Positions 1-12,885 of a stretch of DNA of 64,000 nt are shown one piece after another. The position numbers were made by a program, and so were the translations under genes. Numbering within the stretch: the first letter of the stretch is position 1; the number at the start of each line of letters is the position of its first letter. The notes below the pieces were generated by a model that saw only the letters and a program-made list of their open reading frames with translations, searched no databases and was not told where the DNA came from. This stretch comes from Octopus vulgaris (lineage: Eukaryota): NCBI GenBank assembly GCA_951406725.2, contig OX597818.1, positions 59,954,001 to 60,018,000 of the forward strand, in the 5' to 3' direction.

Positions 1-273
1 GGACTCGCGGTCGCAGGATCGCGGTTTCGATTCCCAGACCGGGTGTTGTGAGTGTTTATTGAGCGAAAACACCTAAAAGCTCCACGAGGCTCCGGCAGGG
101 GGTGGTGATCCCTGCTGTACTCTTTCACCACGCTGTCTCTCACTCTTTCTTCTGTCGGCCTGCTTGCTTAGCCAGCGGGGTGGCGTCATTCGAAGGCTAA
201 AACAATGCGAACGCATTGTGACCAGCGATGTGTAACTACATCTGATGGTCTGGTCGGTCACGTGATCACGTGA
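1..273 (+). mobile_element. tRNA-derived SINE, family C head with tail type 1 (5' end cut by window edge)
   Basis: B-box-like GGTTTCGATTCC followed by a body shared with copies at 4902, 27689, 37965, 40149, 51582 and 53502; tail ...GGTCACGTGATCACGTGAT matches 27689-28100. Confidence 0.85.
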
Positions 274-279
274 TATATG

Positions 280-314
<35 letters not shown>

Positions 315-1777
315 ATGGGGGTATGTATGTGTGTATGTATCTATGTATGTATTTAAGCAAATAAAATGAGAGGTAAACGGCAAGAATGATTTTTATACTT
401 TCGTAAAGAGCACAGATGTTCAAAATCCACTAGCAAATCGTGGTAGATTAGGAAACTGCTGTAATATTGCTTGCGTGTGTGTGTCATACGATACGAATTT
501 AAGGCCAACGAAGATTGCGAGTCCCACACATTTCCTTAATAGCTGGGTATTACCTATTCATATTACATTAAATTTCACGGTCACAAAGACCATCAGATAA
601 TGTGCATTAGTTTCTAGTTAATATTTAATATAGATATAAAAAACAAACATTATATCATTTATCATTCATTCGTTATATTACGAATTTTTAACCGTTGGAT
701 ATCTAATAAATCTGTGTTCAGTAAGTCCGACAGTGCATATAGAGTATATGTGGATGTTTAGAATAATCCATTTCTCTTATAGCTCCGTCTCATTTCACAT
801 TAATATTATCTGCATAGATTACTTCGGTTTAACAACAAGTCAATTTAAAAGTGGATATTATCAGCATAATTCTTCCTTTGAAATATTACAAAGCTGTTTC
901 AGTTCTAGTCGAGTGCAATTATCTGGAGAGGGCTTTGATGTGGTTTTTGCTTGCGTATTTTAGAAATAATAATAATTTAATTATTAGATTGGATTTTTCA
1001 GGCGTACTATTATCTTAAACTACCTCATTTTGTAATTCATATTCTCTTGAGAAACTCATAATTTTAAAAAGAATACAAAAGCTTTTAATAAGCCTATTGA
1101 ATTATTTCTTTATGTTCGAATAGGCCATACTTTCTGCACAGTAATATGATAACTCACTAAGCATACGGTTAAATACCGATAGATTATGACACTTTTATCA
1201 TTATTTAATGTGCTTTGTATGCAGCAATAGGTTTAGAGATCTCTCCTTAAATATATAACTTCTAGTTCATTCTGGATTATTACTTGCAGAGACACATATG
1301 AATTACGTTTAATTCTATTCGTATAAAGGCCAATTTAAACAAACCCACAATGGCATATCTTTAATAAATTGCACATTAATTATCATTATGCCATTTAAAC
1401 ACACACACACACACACACAGATATATACACATCCGCTGTACGTCGATACAACGCCTTTGGCACATCAGCTTATTCGTCACTAATGAATTAAATCTGATTT
1501 TTCACATGATATATCTCAGTATGAAAAGGTAAGAATCAAAGACCTAAATAACAAGGACGTTATGTTGGCGAAACTTTGAAGTTAGCCTGTGAATATGATG
1601 CTTAACGCATATGTATGTATGTATGCGTGTATACGTATATTCAAGTAATTTAACTGATATAAAGACATATTACATGGTAAGATTTCAACAATTAGAGAAG
1701 CACTCGACGATCAGCTTAGGAGGTAAACATAATCCTAAAATAAAAAACACAAATCTCGTTAATATAATAATATAAAG

Positions 1778-1857
<80 letters not shown>

Positions 1858-1912
1858 GAGATGTACTTGATAGCGAGTGACCTGATCTGAGATCGTGTGC
1901 TGGAACGAAAAC

Positions 1913-2126
1913 AATTGCAGCGTGGAAGGCGTTTGTAAGCCATTTAAGAAACACACAAAATCCGTTAGATTCACTTCTACATTTAAATTTAATTTGTCAA
2001 AATATTTTCGTCGCTTTGAGACCGCGACCTGTTCACTGACAAAATTCCGTGCTGCACATATTTTGTTAGTGAATCGAAGTGTTTTTGTGTATTCCTAAAA
2101 TGTCTTATAAACACCTTCCACGTTGC

Positions 2127-2130
<4 letters not shown>
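1913..2130. mobile_element. Short inverted-repeat element carrying a hammerhead (Penelope pLTR-like), between (TA)n tracts
   Basis: 1913-1960 is an imperfect reverse complement of 2082-2130; hammerhead lies inside; (TA)n at 1780-1852 and 2130-2175. Confidence 0.6.
1993..2043 (-). ncRNA. Minimal type-I hammerhead ribozyme motif, G3:C8 core variant
   Basis: Minus strand: UUUGUCA-GUGAACA-g-GUCGC(ggucucaaa)GCGAC-GAAA-AUAUUU|UGACAAA; 7-bp stem I, 5-bp stem II, palindromic stem III (AAAAUAUUUU). Confidence 0.7.
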
Positions 2131-2178
<48 letters not shown>

Positions 2179-2206
2179 TTATATATACAAATATTCTATA
2201 ATTATA

Positions 2207-2251
<45 letters not shown>

Positions 2252-2314
2252 CATATATATATATATATATATATACATATATATATACATATATACAAAT
2301 ATTCTATAATTATA

Positions 2315-2383
<69 letters not shown>

Positions 2384-2426
2384 TATATATATATATATAT
2401 ACAAATATTCTATAATTATAAATAAT

Positions 2427-3043
2427 AGTTGGTAAAATTAATTAATAATTAATTAGTTTTACCCTTTTATTATTGATAATATAATTCTCTCTCCCTGATA
2501 TTTAACTACAGTTCTCTCTGTAGAAATGTATTGCTCTGTAACTCACGTGGGAGGAACGGGAAGAATGCGAGGCCTCTTTTGTACTTTTTGAATTTGGTAG
2601 TACTGGCGGTCGAAGATGGTATGTCTGGGATTACTCATATCAGACGGGTATGTTCGATTTTTAGTGCTCTCAAATCCAAATCGAAAGAAATCTTTGAGCT
2701 GACGAAGGAAATGTTGATCTTTATATTCAACTAATCCAGAAACGGCCGTTCTCATGTAATCTTATGTACGTATGATCTTTCGTTATTTTTCCCTCTATAC
2801 CTGTGTCAGTTATTTTTGAGTATGCATTGTCTGGAAGATTTTTCTTACAGTAGAAGAAATAGCTAAGATTTTTTGGCTGCTATTTCTAAAAGTTCTGTGT
2901 GTGGTAAAGTAAATTATTTTACTGAACCCTAATTATATAACGTAATGTTTTAAATATACCGTAAATAGTCTTTTTACATACTGAATACTACTTGGTAAAA
3001 TTAATTGATAATTAATTAGTTTTACCCTTTTATTATTGATTAT
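2427..3043 (+). mobile_element. Penelope pLTR-like non-coding element with ~50-bp terminal direct repeat
   Basis: TTGGTAAAATTAATT..TTTTACCCTTTTATTATTGAT occurs at ~2429-2478 and ~2992-3040; internal hammerhead; motif TTTGGCTGCTATTTCT is shared (reverse complement) with 26190 and 31975. Confidence 0.55.
2695..2754 (+). ncRNA. Minimal type-I hammerhead ribozyme motif
   Basis: UGAG-CUGACGA-aGGAaauGUUGA..UCAACuaaUCCa-GAAAC-GGCC-GUU|CUCA; stem III is the perfect palindrome AACGGCCGUU. Confidence 0.75.
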
Positions 3044-3149
3044 ATATATATATATGTGTATATATATATATACACATGTACATACATGCGTAGAAGTGTG
3101 TCTGTCTATTTGTATGAATAACTATAAACATTAATATACAAAGATAGAA

Positions 3150-3570
3150 GGCGGTGAGCTGGCAGAAAATTTAGCCCGCCGGGTGAAATGCTTATCAGTA
3201 TTTCTTCTGTCTCTACGTTCTGAGTTCAAACTCCGCCGAGGTCGACTTTGCCTTTTATCCTTTCGGGGTCAATAAATTAAGTACCAGTTACGCACTGGTG
3301 TCTATCTAATCGACTGGACATCCTCCCTCAAAATTTCGGGCTTTGTGCCTAGAATAGAAAAGAATAGACAGAGTGGCGATCGGGCAGAACCGTTGGCGTA
3401 ACGAAAATATACCTAACGAGCAGTACTTCTTCCGACTTTACGTTGTGTGTTCAAATGCCGCCCGGGTCGACTCTGTTTTTCATCCTTTCGGGAAGGATAA
3501 GATACGTACCAGTTGAGGATTGGAGTCGATGTAATTAACCTCCGCTTTGCCTGAAATTGTTGACTTTCTG
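3150..3570 (+). mobile_element. Two diverged family A-related SINE copies
   Basis: GGCGGTGAGCTGGCAGAA head, GAGTTCAAA B-box, core GCCTTTCATCCTTTCGGGGTC(G/A)ATAAA..GTACCAG. Confidence 0.75.
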
Positions 3571-4398
3571 TCAAAATTTAAAATAAATGTAGATACATAG
3601 ATAAACATGTATTTATGCATGTATGTATGTTTTGAAAGCAACAGCGTTCTAGGAAACTTGAAATGTATCGTAAAATTTATCAGAAGTGTGATTGTCAAGA
3701 AAGAGTTAACTAAGGATAGAAAACATGCTAGAAATAAATATACGATCTTGTTAAAGTTACATTGTGTATAGTCTAGTTCTATTTTCATTCATTTCGCTAA
3801 AATTCATGAACCAGCACTACTAAAACGTTTTCACAGAATTTTTAAATATTCATAGGTTCTTTAAGAAACACAAAGTTCTCTTTCCTTTTTTTATCCCAAT
3901 TATACATAAAATATGCAGATCGGATTTTACCAACAATTTTCAAGTTAATTTACAGTTCACTAAGACAGCAAATTCCAGCCTTGTTTATCAGTTAATAGTA
4001 AGGTTAAGATATTTTCCATTTCAATTTTATCAATAGTTACGTTAAAGTTGATACAAATTCCAAACGTAACCAAGGAGTGTGATAAAGCAATTTACAATGT
4101 TTTGTACTCGACAGGTTTTTGCTGTGTGTGCTATTCTAGAAAGTTGCTAAAGGGGAAAAGCTTATCTTGGCGCCATATCTTAATGATAGATTTTGTTGTT
4201 GCTTTTCACAGTGTATTGGTATCGAATCGATCCGTACACCTGAGTCTTTTTAACGTTTTTAGTGAAAATAGTCAAATATTGATTGATCATATCAAGTTCG
4301 TTAATAGTTAACAGATAACGCTGTTTCAGCACAGCTGAAAATTGGGGAAAAAAAATTTGATCATCATTTCTCAAGTTGGGTTCAGCATAAAAAGCCTA

Positions 4399-4697
4399 TG
4401 GGAATTTATTATCAGTGGGGAGGGGGAAATTTATTATTAGGTGACCGACTTCATAATCAGAGGGGTGTAAATATATTAGCAGGAGGCGTGTCAGTTCATT
4501 ATCGGGAAGTATGAGAATATATTATCAGGTGTGTGAATTTATGATCTGGGGGTATGTGAATTCATTAAACATTATTAGGGGGCGTACGAATTCATTATCA
4601 AGTGTGTGAATACATTATCGGAAGTCTGTGAATCCATCATTCATGATCAATTTATTATTAGATGTATGAATTCATTATTAGGGAGTTTGGGAATTTA
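4399..4697. repeat. Diverged ~22-bp minisatellite
   Basis: Recurrent unit ~GTGTGAATT(T/C)ATTATCAGG, about a dozen copies. Confidence 0.7.
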
Positions 4698-4901
4698 GCT
4701 GAAAGTAAACTTCGTTGGTTCAAAATTTGAGCATCTAAATCTATGTATTAGACAAGACAGGAATCAAGACTTATTTATATCCTAAAATGTTTGATACTCC
4801 GAGATCAATTTCAAGTTCCTGATGAAGAGTCTCTATTTTAAGAGAATTCAAAGGTTTTATAATACGTATTTACACTTATTATACACTTGGTTTAGTAAAC
4901 C

Positions 4902-5256
4902 TATGATGGAAGCACTCCGTCGGTTACGACGACGAGGGTTCCGGTTGATCCGAATCAACGGAACAGCCTGCTCGTGAAATTAACGTGTAAGTGGCTGAGC
5001 ACTCCACATACACGTGTACCCTGAACGTAGTTCTCGGGGATATTCAGCGTGACACAGAGAGTGACAAGGCCGGCCCTTTGAAGTAAGATTGAGAGAAAGT
5101 TGTGGTGAAAGAGTACAGCAGGGATCACCACCATCCCTGCCGGAGTCTCGTGGAGCTTTAAGTGTTTTCGCTCAATAAACACTCACAACGCCCGGTCTGG
5201 GAATCGAAACCACGATCCTACGACCGCGAGTTCGCTGCCCTAACCATTGCGCCTCC
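4902..5256 (-). mobile_element. SINE family C head with tail type 3
   Basis: GGAGGCGCAATGG head on minus strand; 11-bp TSD TTTAGTAAACC at 4891-4901 and 5257-5267. Confidence 0.88.
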
Positions 5257-5399
5257 TTTAGTAAACCAAGCCATTATAATACCAATAAATGACTAACAAA
5301 CTCTTAAGAAAATCATGTGAACATTACTCATGCAAAAGATAGAGGAGCTACCGTAGGCACTTAAGTATAAGTGTGGTATTTATCAGACTTGATGTTTTT

Positions 5400-5808
5400 T
5401 ATTTCTTTATTGCCCACAAGGGGCTAAACATAGAGGGGACAAACAAGGACAGACAAACGGATTAAGTTGATTACATCGACCCCAGTACGCAACTGGTACT
5501 TAATTTATCGACCCCGAAAGGATGAAAGGCAAAGTCGATCACGGTGGAATTTGAACTCAGAACGTAACGGCAGACGAAATATCTATTTCTTTACTACCCA
5601 CAAGGGGCTAAACACAGAGGGGACAAACAAGAACAGACAAACGGATTAAGTCGATTATATCGGCCCCAGTGCGTAAGTGGTACTTTATTTATCGACCCCG
5701 AAAGGATGAAAGGCAAAGTCGAACTCGGCGGAATTTGAACTCAGAACGTAACGGCAGAAGAAATACAGCTACGCATTTCGCCCGGCGTGCTAACGTTTCT
5801 GCCAGCTC
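5400..5808 (-). mobile_element. SINE family A with tandemly duplicated body
   Basis: Two ~185-bp body units; TSD-like CAGA(C/T)TTGATGTTT on both flanks. Confidence 0.88.
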
Positions 5809-5837
5809 ACAGATTTGATGTTTCTCTCCCTTCCTTT

Positions 5838-5892
<55 letters not shown>

Positions 5893-7094
5893 ATCAAATA
5901 TAAACTTGAAAACCGGAAGGGATAACACTGGAGGTTCTCAAAGAAAGCAAAACATGATGTGACATCAATACTCCAGAAAATACTTTTGGATTTTCTCACG
6001 AAGAATCGTGATGACGATATGATCTACAGACCTTAAACTTGCACTGGCAGGAGTATATTTTACAGACTTGAGATTCTCCAAGAAATTTTGGACGAAACCC
6101 TGCTACATTGAAGCACGAAGATGATTATTTTGTAGCTCATGCAAAAACAACACCTCAAAATTGAGTCGGAATTAGTCAGAGCAATGAGTGGCTTTAATTC
6201 AAGATGTTAAAGAATTTGGACATCTTCTGTAGCAGCTTGCTGGCCACTTCTTAATTTGTCTTCTAACAGTATTTAACCAAACTTCTAAGCTGTTTTTTAC
6301 AGCTATTCAGCCTTCGAGTTCCTTTATTTTCAGTAAAATTCCAATTCACTCTGCGCTTCAAAGTTTGTTTATAAAAATGTTCTCACATTCCAGAATCTAT
6401 CATTCGGCGTTAATAAAGGCGCCAACTGTTGTGATGGGTTGTTTGGCTTAATGGTGCAGTTCGCTCAGTCGGAATTTGAAAGGAACGGGGTTCGATTATC
6501 TGTAAAGGCTAGCTAGTCACTCCTTCCGCTCACCAAGAGTATTTACGTAATCTTCTAACCTGTTTTCACATCTCGTCTGCGTTCGAAGTTACCTTTATTT
6601 TCTGCTAAATTTTAAACAGAATGAACGACTTCAGTTTGTTCTCCAAGTAACTGAAACAAATCAACAATTTCACTCTAAGTAGTTTTTAGCCTTTTAAGTG
6701 TTCATGGAAACCATTATCGATGCTTAAGAAATTAATTCTTTTAGTCGCCCTAAGAAAAAACCGTTTTCATATAAAATTAATTTTATTACTTAGATAATTT
6801 CTAAATTTAATTTTCCTTGAAACCTTAGTAAAGTTATTAAAATAAAAATGACTATTGAGCACAAAAGATAATCTTTTAATGCCTCGATTAGTGAAATTAA
6901 GTAAACATTTTGCTTGAAAAGACAGAGCAATTTCACGTCTTGACTGCGAGTGATGATGGCGAAGGATTAATTCTCACTTTGTTTTGTTTGATTGTAAGCT
7001 GTTATTTTTATTTTTCTATTTGTAAAGAAAATTAGCTTGAGCTTTATATATTTTACTGAGGATCTATATTCCATAATACACGAGCCTTTTAATT

Positions 7095-7371
7095 TTTTGC
7101 TTCGGTCATTTGATTGCGGCCATACTGGAGCACCGCCCTTTAAGATGTTTTAGCCGAATGAATCGATGCACGTACTTAATTTTTTTTTCCCTAAACCTGG
7201 TATTTATTATATTGATCTCTTTTATCGAACCGCTATTTTATAGAGACGTAAATACACCAACACCGGTTATCAGTCGATAGTGCGGGACAAACACGAACAC
7301 AAACACATACGCACACACACACACGCACAAACACAAACACACACACACACACACATATATATATCTATCTA

Positions 7372-7411
<40 letters not shown>

Positions 7412-7830
7412 GTTAATCCAAACATGAACAAAGGTAAAACACAACAACGCGAGGACCTGGAACAAGTATAGTGTTATTGGACACTCAGAAAAGGAAAGAA
7501 AGAAGGGGGATTTAACGTTTCGAGCGGAGCTCTTCGTCAGAAACATAGGGAAAGGAAAGGTCCAAGGAAGGGAAGACGGAGAAATAAAATCGTCAACGAT
7601 ACACACGTGGTCACTTATTGAAAAATGAAAAATGTGTATATATATATATATAATGTGGTGTGTGCGTTTGTCCGAAGGGCTTCTTTCAGTTTCCGTCTAC
7701 CAAACCTTCTCACAAGGCTTCAGTCTGCCCGATGCTATTACAAAAGACGCATGCTCAAGGTGCTACTCAGTGGGATTGAACCCAGAACTATGTGGTTGGG
7801 AAGCAAACTTCTTACCTCACAGCTACAACT
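7095..7830 (-). mobile_element. SINE family B interrupted in its internal (TA)n by a hammerhead element
   Basis: Tail half ~7095-7355 and head half ~7670-7830 match 8331-8746; insert at ~7411-7637. Confidence 0.75.
7510..7544 (-). ncRNA. Minimal type-I hammerhead ribozyme motif
   Basis: GUUU-CUGACGA-a-GAGC(ucc)GCUC-GAAAC-GUU|AAAU; stem III palindrome AACGUU. Confidence 0.8.
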
Positions 7831-8330
7831 GCATGTTTTAATAAGTTTAAATAAATTAAACAATTAAAAATATAACAACGTGTGTTAAAATCGTTTGTTA
7901 ATGCTTCGGGTGTATTTAAAAATAACGAATTTTGCATAAAATTTGAAAGTTTTGAATGACCTTTAAATGTCATTGGATTTAAATAAAATTCCACATCGGT
8001 GACTTTCTTGGAGCGTTCACGCTTTCTGCGTTAGATATGCTTGTGCATGCAAGCACACACAAATACACGCACACATATGTGTGTGTATGTATGTGTATAT
8101 ATACACACATATGTATAATCAATATATATAATACGCTAATTTGTACATATAAATTTTTTTTGTGAGTAACACTTAACCATTTGATGTAACAAAAATCGAC
8201 CGACGACGGCGGGATGGGAAAAATATCATATACGCACACTGATGCACGCAGACTAAGGCAAGCATATATGTGTGTGTGTGCGTGTGTATATATATATATT
8301 TGTGCATTTATTATGTTAATTTACATATGT

Positions 8331-8494
8331 GGCGCAGGAGTGGCTGTGTGGTAAGTAGCTTGTTTACCAACCACACGGTTCCGGGTTCAGTCCCACTGCG
8401 TGGCACTTGGGCAAGTGTCTTCTACTATAGCCTCGGGCCGACCAAAGCCTTGTGAGTGGATTTGGTAGACGAAACCTGGAAGAAGCCCGTCGTA

Positions 8495-8538
<44 letters not shown>

Positions 8539-8746
8539 TGTGTGTGTGTTTGTATGTCTGTGTTTGTCCCCCTAGCATTGCTTGACAACCGATCCGTTAC
8601 TTAGCGGTTCGGCAAAAGAGACCGATAGAATAAGTACTGGGCTTACAAAAGAATAAGTCCCGGGTCGAGTTGCTCGATTAAAGGCGGTACTCCAGTATGG
8701 CCGCAGTCATATGACTGAAACAAGTAAAAGAGTAAAAGAGTAAGAG
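8331..8746 (+). mobile_element. SINE family B (tRNA head, CORE-like TTGGGCAAGT, internal microsatellite)
   Basis: GGCGCAGGAGTGGCTGTGTGGT..GGTTCAGTCCC head and (GTAAAAGA)n tail; near-identical copies at 29421, 31122 and 54272. Confidence 0.9.
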
Positions 8747-8814
8747 TATGTGCGTGTGTGTATGTGTGTGAGTGTGTGTGTGTGTGTTGCAGTCAAGACC
8801 TGGATATGTAGTGT

Positions 8815-9300
8815 AATGATAATCTTCCAAAGTTTTAATCCAATATGGAGATCGAAGACCAGCCGTAAGAAGATAAATCTGCAGCTACACTCATCCATTG
8901 TTATACAGACAGCCATCTACGCTTGTGAAACCTGAAAGAAGACGGTGGAGATCTCTCAGTTGCTGGTCGTGTTCCATCGACGATGACTACGTTCGATCCT
9001 GGTGGTCTCTTTCCGCGATAGTGAGACAAAAACGTGAAGAGAAGATCTAACGCGTAAAGTTAGCAGAACATAGTGATTAAGCAGCGAATATGACGGATGC
9101 TTTAATTAGCGTCGCGCTGAGGTGGACGTCAGATGGAAAAGGCTAAGAGAAAGATGAAGGAAGCTGCGGGAGTATAAGCATCAAGAGGCCATGATAGCAA
9201 TGGGAGTCAGCCCGAGAGGAACCAGAAAGAAGGCAAAAAATCGGGAAGTTTAGAGAAGGCTTGTTACTGGTTTTGTTGATAGTTCGGAAGGATCTAAGAG
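8815..9300 (+). mobile_element. Degenerate RTE-like LINE 3' remnant
   Basis: Translation ..FNPIWRSK..KINLQLHSSIVIQTAIYACET*K...LVVFHRR*LRSIL resembles the post-RT domain of RTE elements; contains stops. Confidence 0.65.
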
Positions 9301-9621
9301 CTTTGTATGTTTGTGTATGTATGTATGTATGTATGTATGTATGTATGTATGTATGTATGTATGTATGTATGTATGTATGTGTGTGTATGTGTGTGTGTCT
9401 GTACTTCTCTGTACACATAAAATTACGTCACTAGTGATAAAGTTTTCCCTTCGCTTTTAGTGTAATATTTACGCTGGGACAAGGTGAACACCAATTTGCG
9501 CTGGGACAAGGTGGTCGGCCCCAGATACTTGCCCATATCTAAACCCAAAACCACGTGATTTAGAAGCAGGCTTCTTACCACACAGCCACGTCTGCGACTA
9601 TAGCGTTACCTTTATTTTAGA

Positions 9622-10018
9622 CTAGCAGTATCGCCCGGCGTTGCTCGGGTTTGTAAGGGAAATAACTATATAAGCATTTTTAGAGAGTTATAGCCAAAAT
9701 ATAGCAAAAAAATGCATTAAAAATGGAAAAAAAATTATGGTAAATTTTTGTTTTAATCGTTGACTCATCGTAGACATTTTTAGAGAGTTACTTCCCTTAT
9801 ATAATAGCGAAAAAATGCATTAAAATGGAAAAAATTATGGTAATTTTTTTTTAAAATCGTAGACTCATCGTAGACGCGCGCTAATACCCAGAAGGGCTCG
9901 ATATGAATCACGACTATAAGATACCCGGTTTTGGTTAAACTGCACCGCAAAATGTGGGAGTAGTTAGGAATCTAAATCGTAGGAGGCAGACACAAAACTT
10001 CACTTTTATACATAAAGA
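9622..10018 (-). mobile_element. Non-autonomous Helitron
   Basis: Minus strand begins TC and ends CTAG, with sub-terminal hairpin CCCGAGCAACGCCGGG; inserted between A and T with no TSD; homologous to 15714-16091. Confidence 0.85.
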
Positions 10019-10831
10019 TTAATACGTTTCTTTTTTATATATATTACTTTGATTTCCTTCATTCCATTATTGCCACACATAGTACTGGATTTAGTAGGTA
10101 TGTGTTTTTTGTTCGGTATGTTGACAATCTTCTTTGTTCCTGATCTTTGCGGTACAAGAAGAAATCGAGCAGTTGCTAATTTGGTGGAGATACTTGTAAC
10201 TTCATTGCTCCTATTTTTGTTTCAGCTGCTACGAGTCTAGTTCTTTATGCGTCCCAATAATTCCACGTGTGGCTTTAAAAATGGTATTATTGCAGCAAGA
10301 AATTGCATTTCTTTTCTTTCCTTTATTCTGTTCGTCTTAGAAATTCATCCCACTTCACGTCAATTTCAATTAATTGAGCAATAAAAACCGAAGTTTTATT
10401 TACGAATATTGAAATATAAAAAACACACGAGGATGCAGCGACATAATTCTAAGGAAAATGTACTCAGAAATCTGTTTACGAACAGGAAAATTCAAACAAG
10501 GGAACTATGGAGTCTTTTATAAATGCAAAACTTCAAGTGATACACTTCGTAATTGCAGATATTCTTCAGTCGCTAGCATGCATATGTTCGACAAATAGCC
10601 ATTGTGTAAATGTTTAGTTTTGTAGCTGACTAGTGGTTAGCGATAAGTAACAAAGTTTAGAGACTAATTGTTTTTGTTCTTTTACCAATAATGAGATTTA
10701 CCAAGCAATACGTGCTTCGACGAGAAGAAACGGAAAATAGGTGTTCGCTATTCAAATCAGAATCTTTAAAGAAAGAGGACGAAAGAGTAATTTACCTGTG
10801 TTAATAGATTTTTACGTTATATCTATGTAGT

Positions 10832-10876
<45 letters not shown>

Positions 10877-10927
10877 GCATGCACGTATGTGTCTGTGTCT
10901 ATGGTATTTATGTATATGACTACACAC

Positions 10928-10970
<43 letters not shown>

Positions 10971-11579
10971 CGTATATATATATATATATTACACACACAT
11001 ATATATATGTTTTTATGTATATATATGTGTGTGTTTGTGTATATGTATTACGTATGTATGTACTATGTATGTATGTATGTATGTATGTATAGAAGTAAGT
11101 ATGAACGTATGTATATGTATACGAATGTATGTATGTATAAATGTATGTATTTATGTATGTATTGATGTATGTATGAATGTGTGTATGTATGTGTGAATGT
11201 GTATATGTATGTATGTGTGTATGTACAGACATAGACAGATAAACATATGCCACTGACACAAATTATAGGCCCGGAAAATCCTGACCATCAAATGAGCTCA
11301 ATAAAATGTTATAATTTAGAAACACGGAAACTTCCAAACCTTATCGAAAACAAAATAACTCTGTAAAAAAACTGGACTAATACATAGGCATCAACAAAAT
11401 AAAAATTTTCCATATATTAGACATCAATATACTTATATAAAAAAAAATCCAATAACAGTAATTTTTTAAAAGATTCAACGTCTGTAACATATATAATAAA
11501 GTGAAAAGTTTTGTAAACCAATTACGTACATGATCATTTGCAACGGCGTCTGTAATAGAACTTCCATATTGTGGTAAGA

Positions 11580-12360
11580 GACTCTCAAGAGAGCTGAACA
11601 GCAGGTCTTCAGAGGAGAAACCCTATTCGGGCAAGTATTTTAGCCTTTTATTACTCGCACTCTAAGGAAGGGGCACGGGTCACACCCAGGTCATAACTCC
11701 TGGGTGCCCTTCCGCCGGCACTGTTTCGCCACTTGAATATCGGAGACTTGGGTATTTAATCCGTTAACTCGCTGGTTGTCATAGCATCGGTGAACGGGTC
11801 AGTAAAGAACTTCAGAGGGAGCTGAACAAGGGACGTTCATCAGCGAAGTCCCCTCTCTCGGTCTTAATTCTTTCTACTTTAAGGAGGCCGGGTTGCATCT
11901 AGATCACGACTCCTGGATACCCTTTCTGCTGACCCATTGTGGAACATATCATGATTGTGCATGTCGTTAGACCTAGGTAGGTTAACAAGGAAGCAAAGTC
12001 TGACACTATTGTCTGCATTGCAGCCTGACCCTTCCTAGTTAGTTAAGGTAACCCAGGGTCAAGGTACCAAGGGTGTGGTAACCAGTTCAGTCTGAGACGC
12101 CACTTGACTTCCGTTACTTCTTGACCAAATCCAGCTGGAGCTCATTTGGAACCTCTTTTACCTTAAGAAGTCTGGTTCTGTTTCTCCCTGAAATTGGGAG
12201 CTCTTTCAAGAAATCGTTGGCAGATTTGCAATCCAAACCTCTCCCACGCGCCTCTATAGCGAAGACTTTGGCTTGCACCCAAGGTTATCTCCATTTGATG
12301 ATTAAACTGCCATATTTCTCATTCTCGGAGACGTGGCTTTCTCAGACGATCCTCTAAATG
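11580..12360 (-). mobile_element. Remnant of a restriction-like-endonuclease non-LTR retrotransposon (HERO/NeSL-like): C-terminus plus duplicated 3' UTR
   Basis: 12115-12345 minus translates ESHVSENEKYGSL..KVFAIEARGRG..KSANDFLKEL..SGRNRTRLLK / SSSWIWSR, like the RLE motif K..KY..L..EVG.RG..S.WIW; diverged ~130-bp direct repeat at 11583-11720 and 11811-11935. Confidence 0.6.
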
Positions 12361-12378
12361 AGACATTACATCTTTTAG

Positions 12379-12434
<56 letters not shown>

Positions 12435-12469
12435 GTATATTTGTATATATAAGTATATGTATCTTTTCT

Positions 12470-12694
12470 TCATCGTTACTTGTTTCAGTCATTTGACAGC
12501 AGTCATTCTGGAGCACCGCCTTCAGTCGAACAAATCGACCTCAGGACTTTGCAAGCCTAGTACTTATTCTTTGCAAGCCTAGTACTTATTCTATCGGGCT
12601 CTTTTGCCAAACCGCTAAGTTACGTGGACATAAACACACCAGCATCGATTGCCAAGCGATTGGTGGGGGGACAAATACAGATACACACGCACTA

Positions 12695-12733
<39 letters not shown>

Positions 12734-12885
12734 CAGACATACATAAATACATATATGCATATGACAGGCTCCTTCCAGTTTCCGCCTACCAAATCCACTC
12801 ACGCACAAGGCTTTGTTTGGCCCGAGGCTGTCGTAGAAGGCACTTGCCCAAGGAGCCATACAGTGGGTCTAAGCCCAGAACCATT
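12470..12885 (-). mobile_element. SINE family B
   Basis: Reverse-complement homology to 8331-8746. Confidence 0.85.

Noticed and set aside
1522-1530. Possible 9-nt microexon cag|TATGAAAAG|gtaaga
   Set aside because: Such motifs arise by chance in 64 kb and there is no gene context.
4809-4850. CTGATGA followed by hairpin GAGTCTCT/AGAGAATTC
   Set aside because: No GAAA and no convincing stem I or III; at most a decayed hammerhead.
5467-5649. Recurrent peptides such as [17 protein letters not shown] and SFRLPNPLTRLWSARG
   Set aside because: Chance translations of SINE families A and B, not a gene family.
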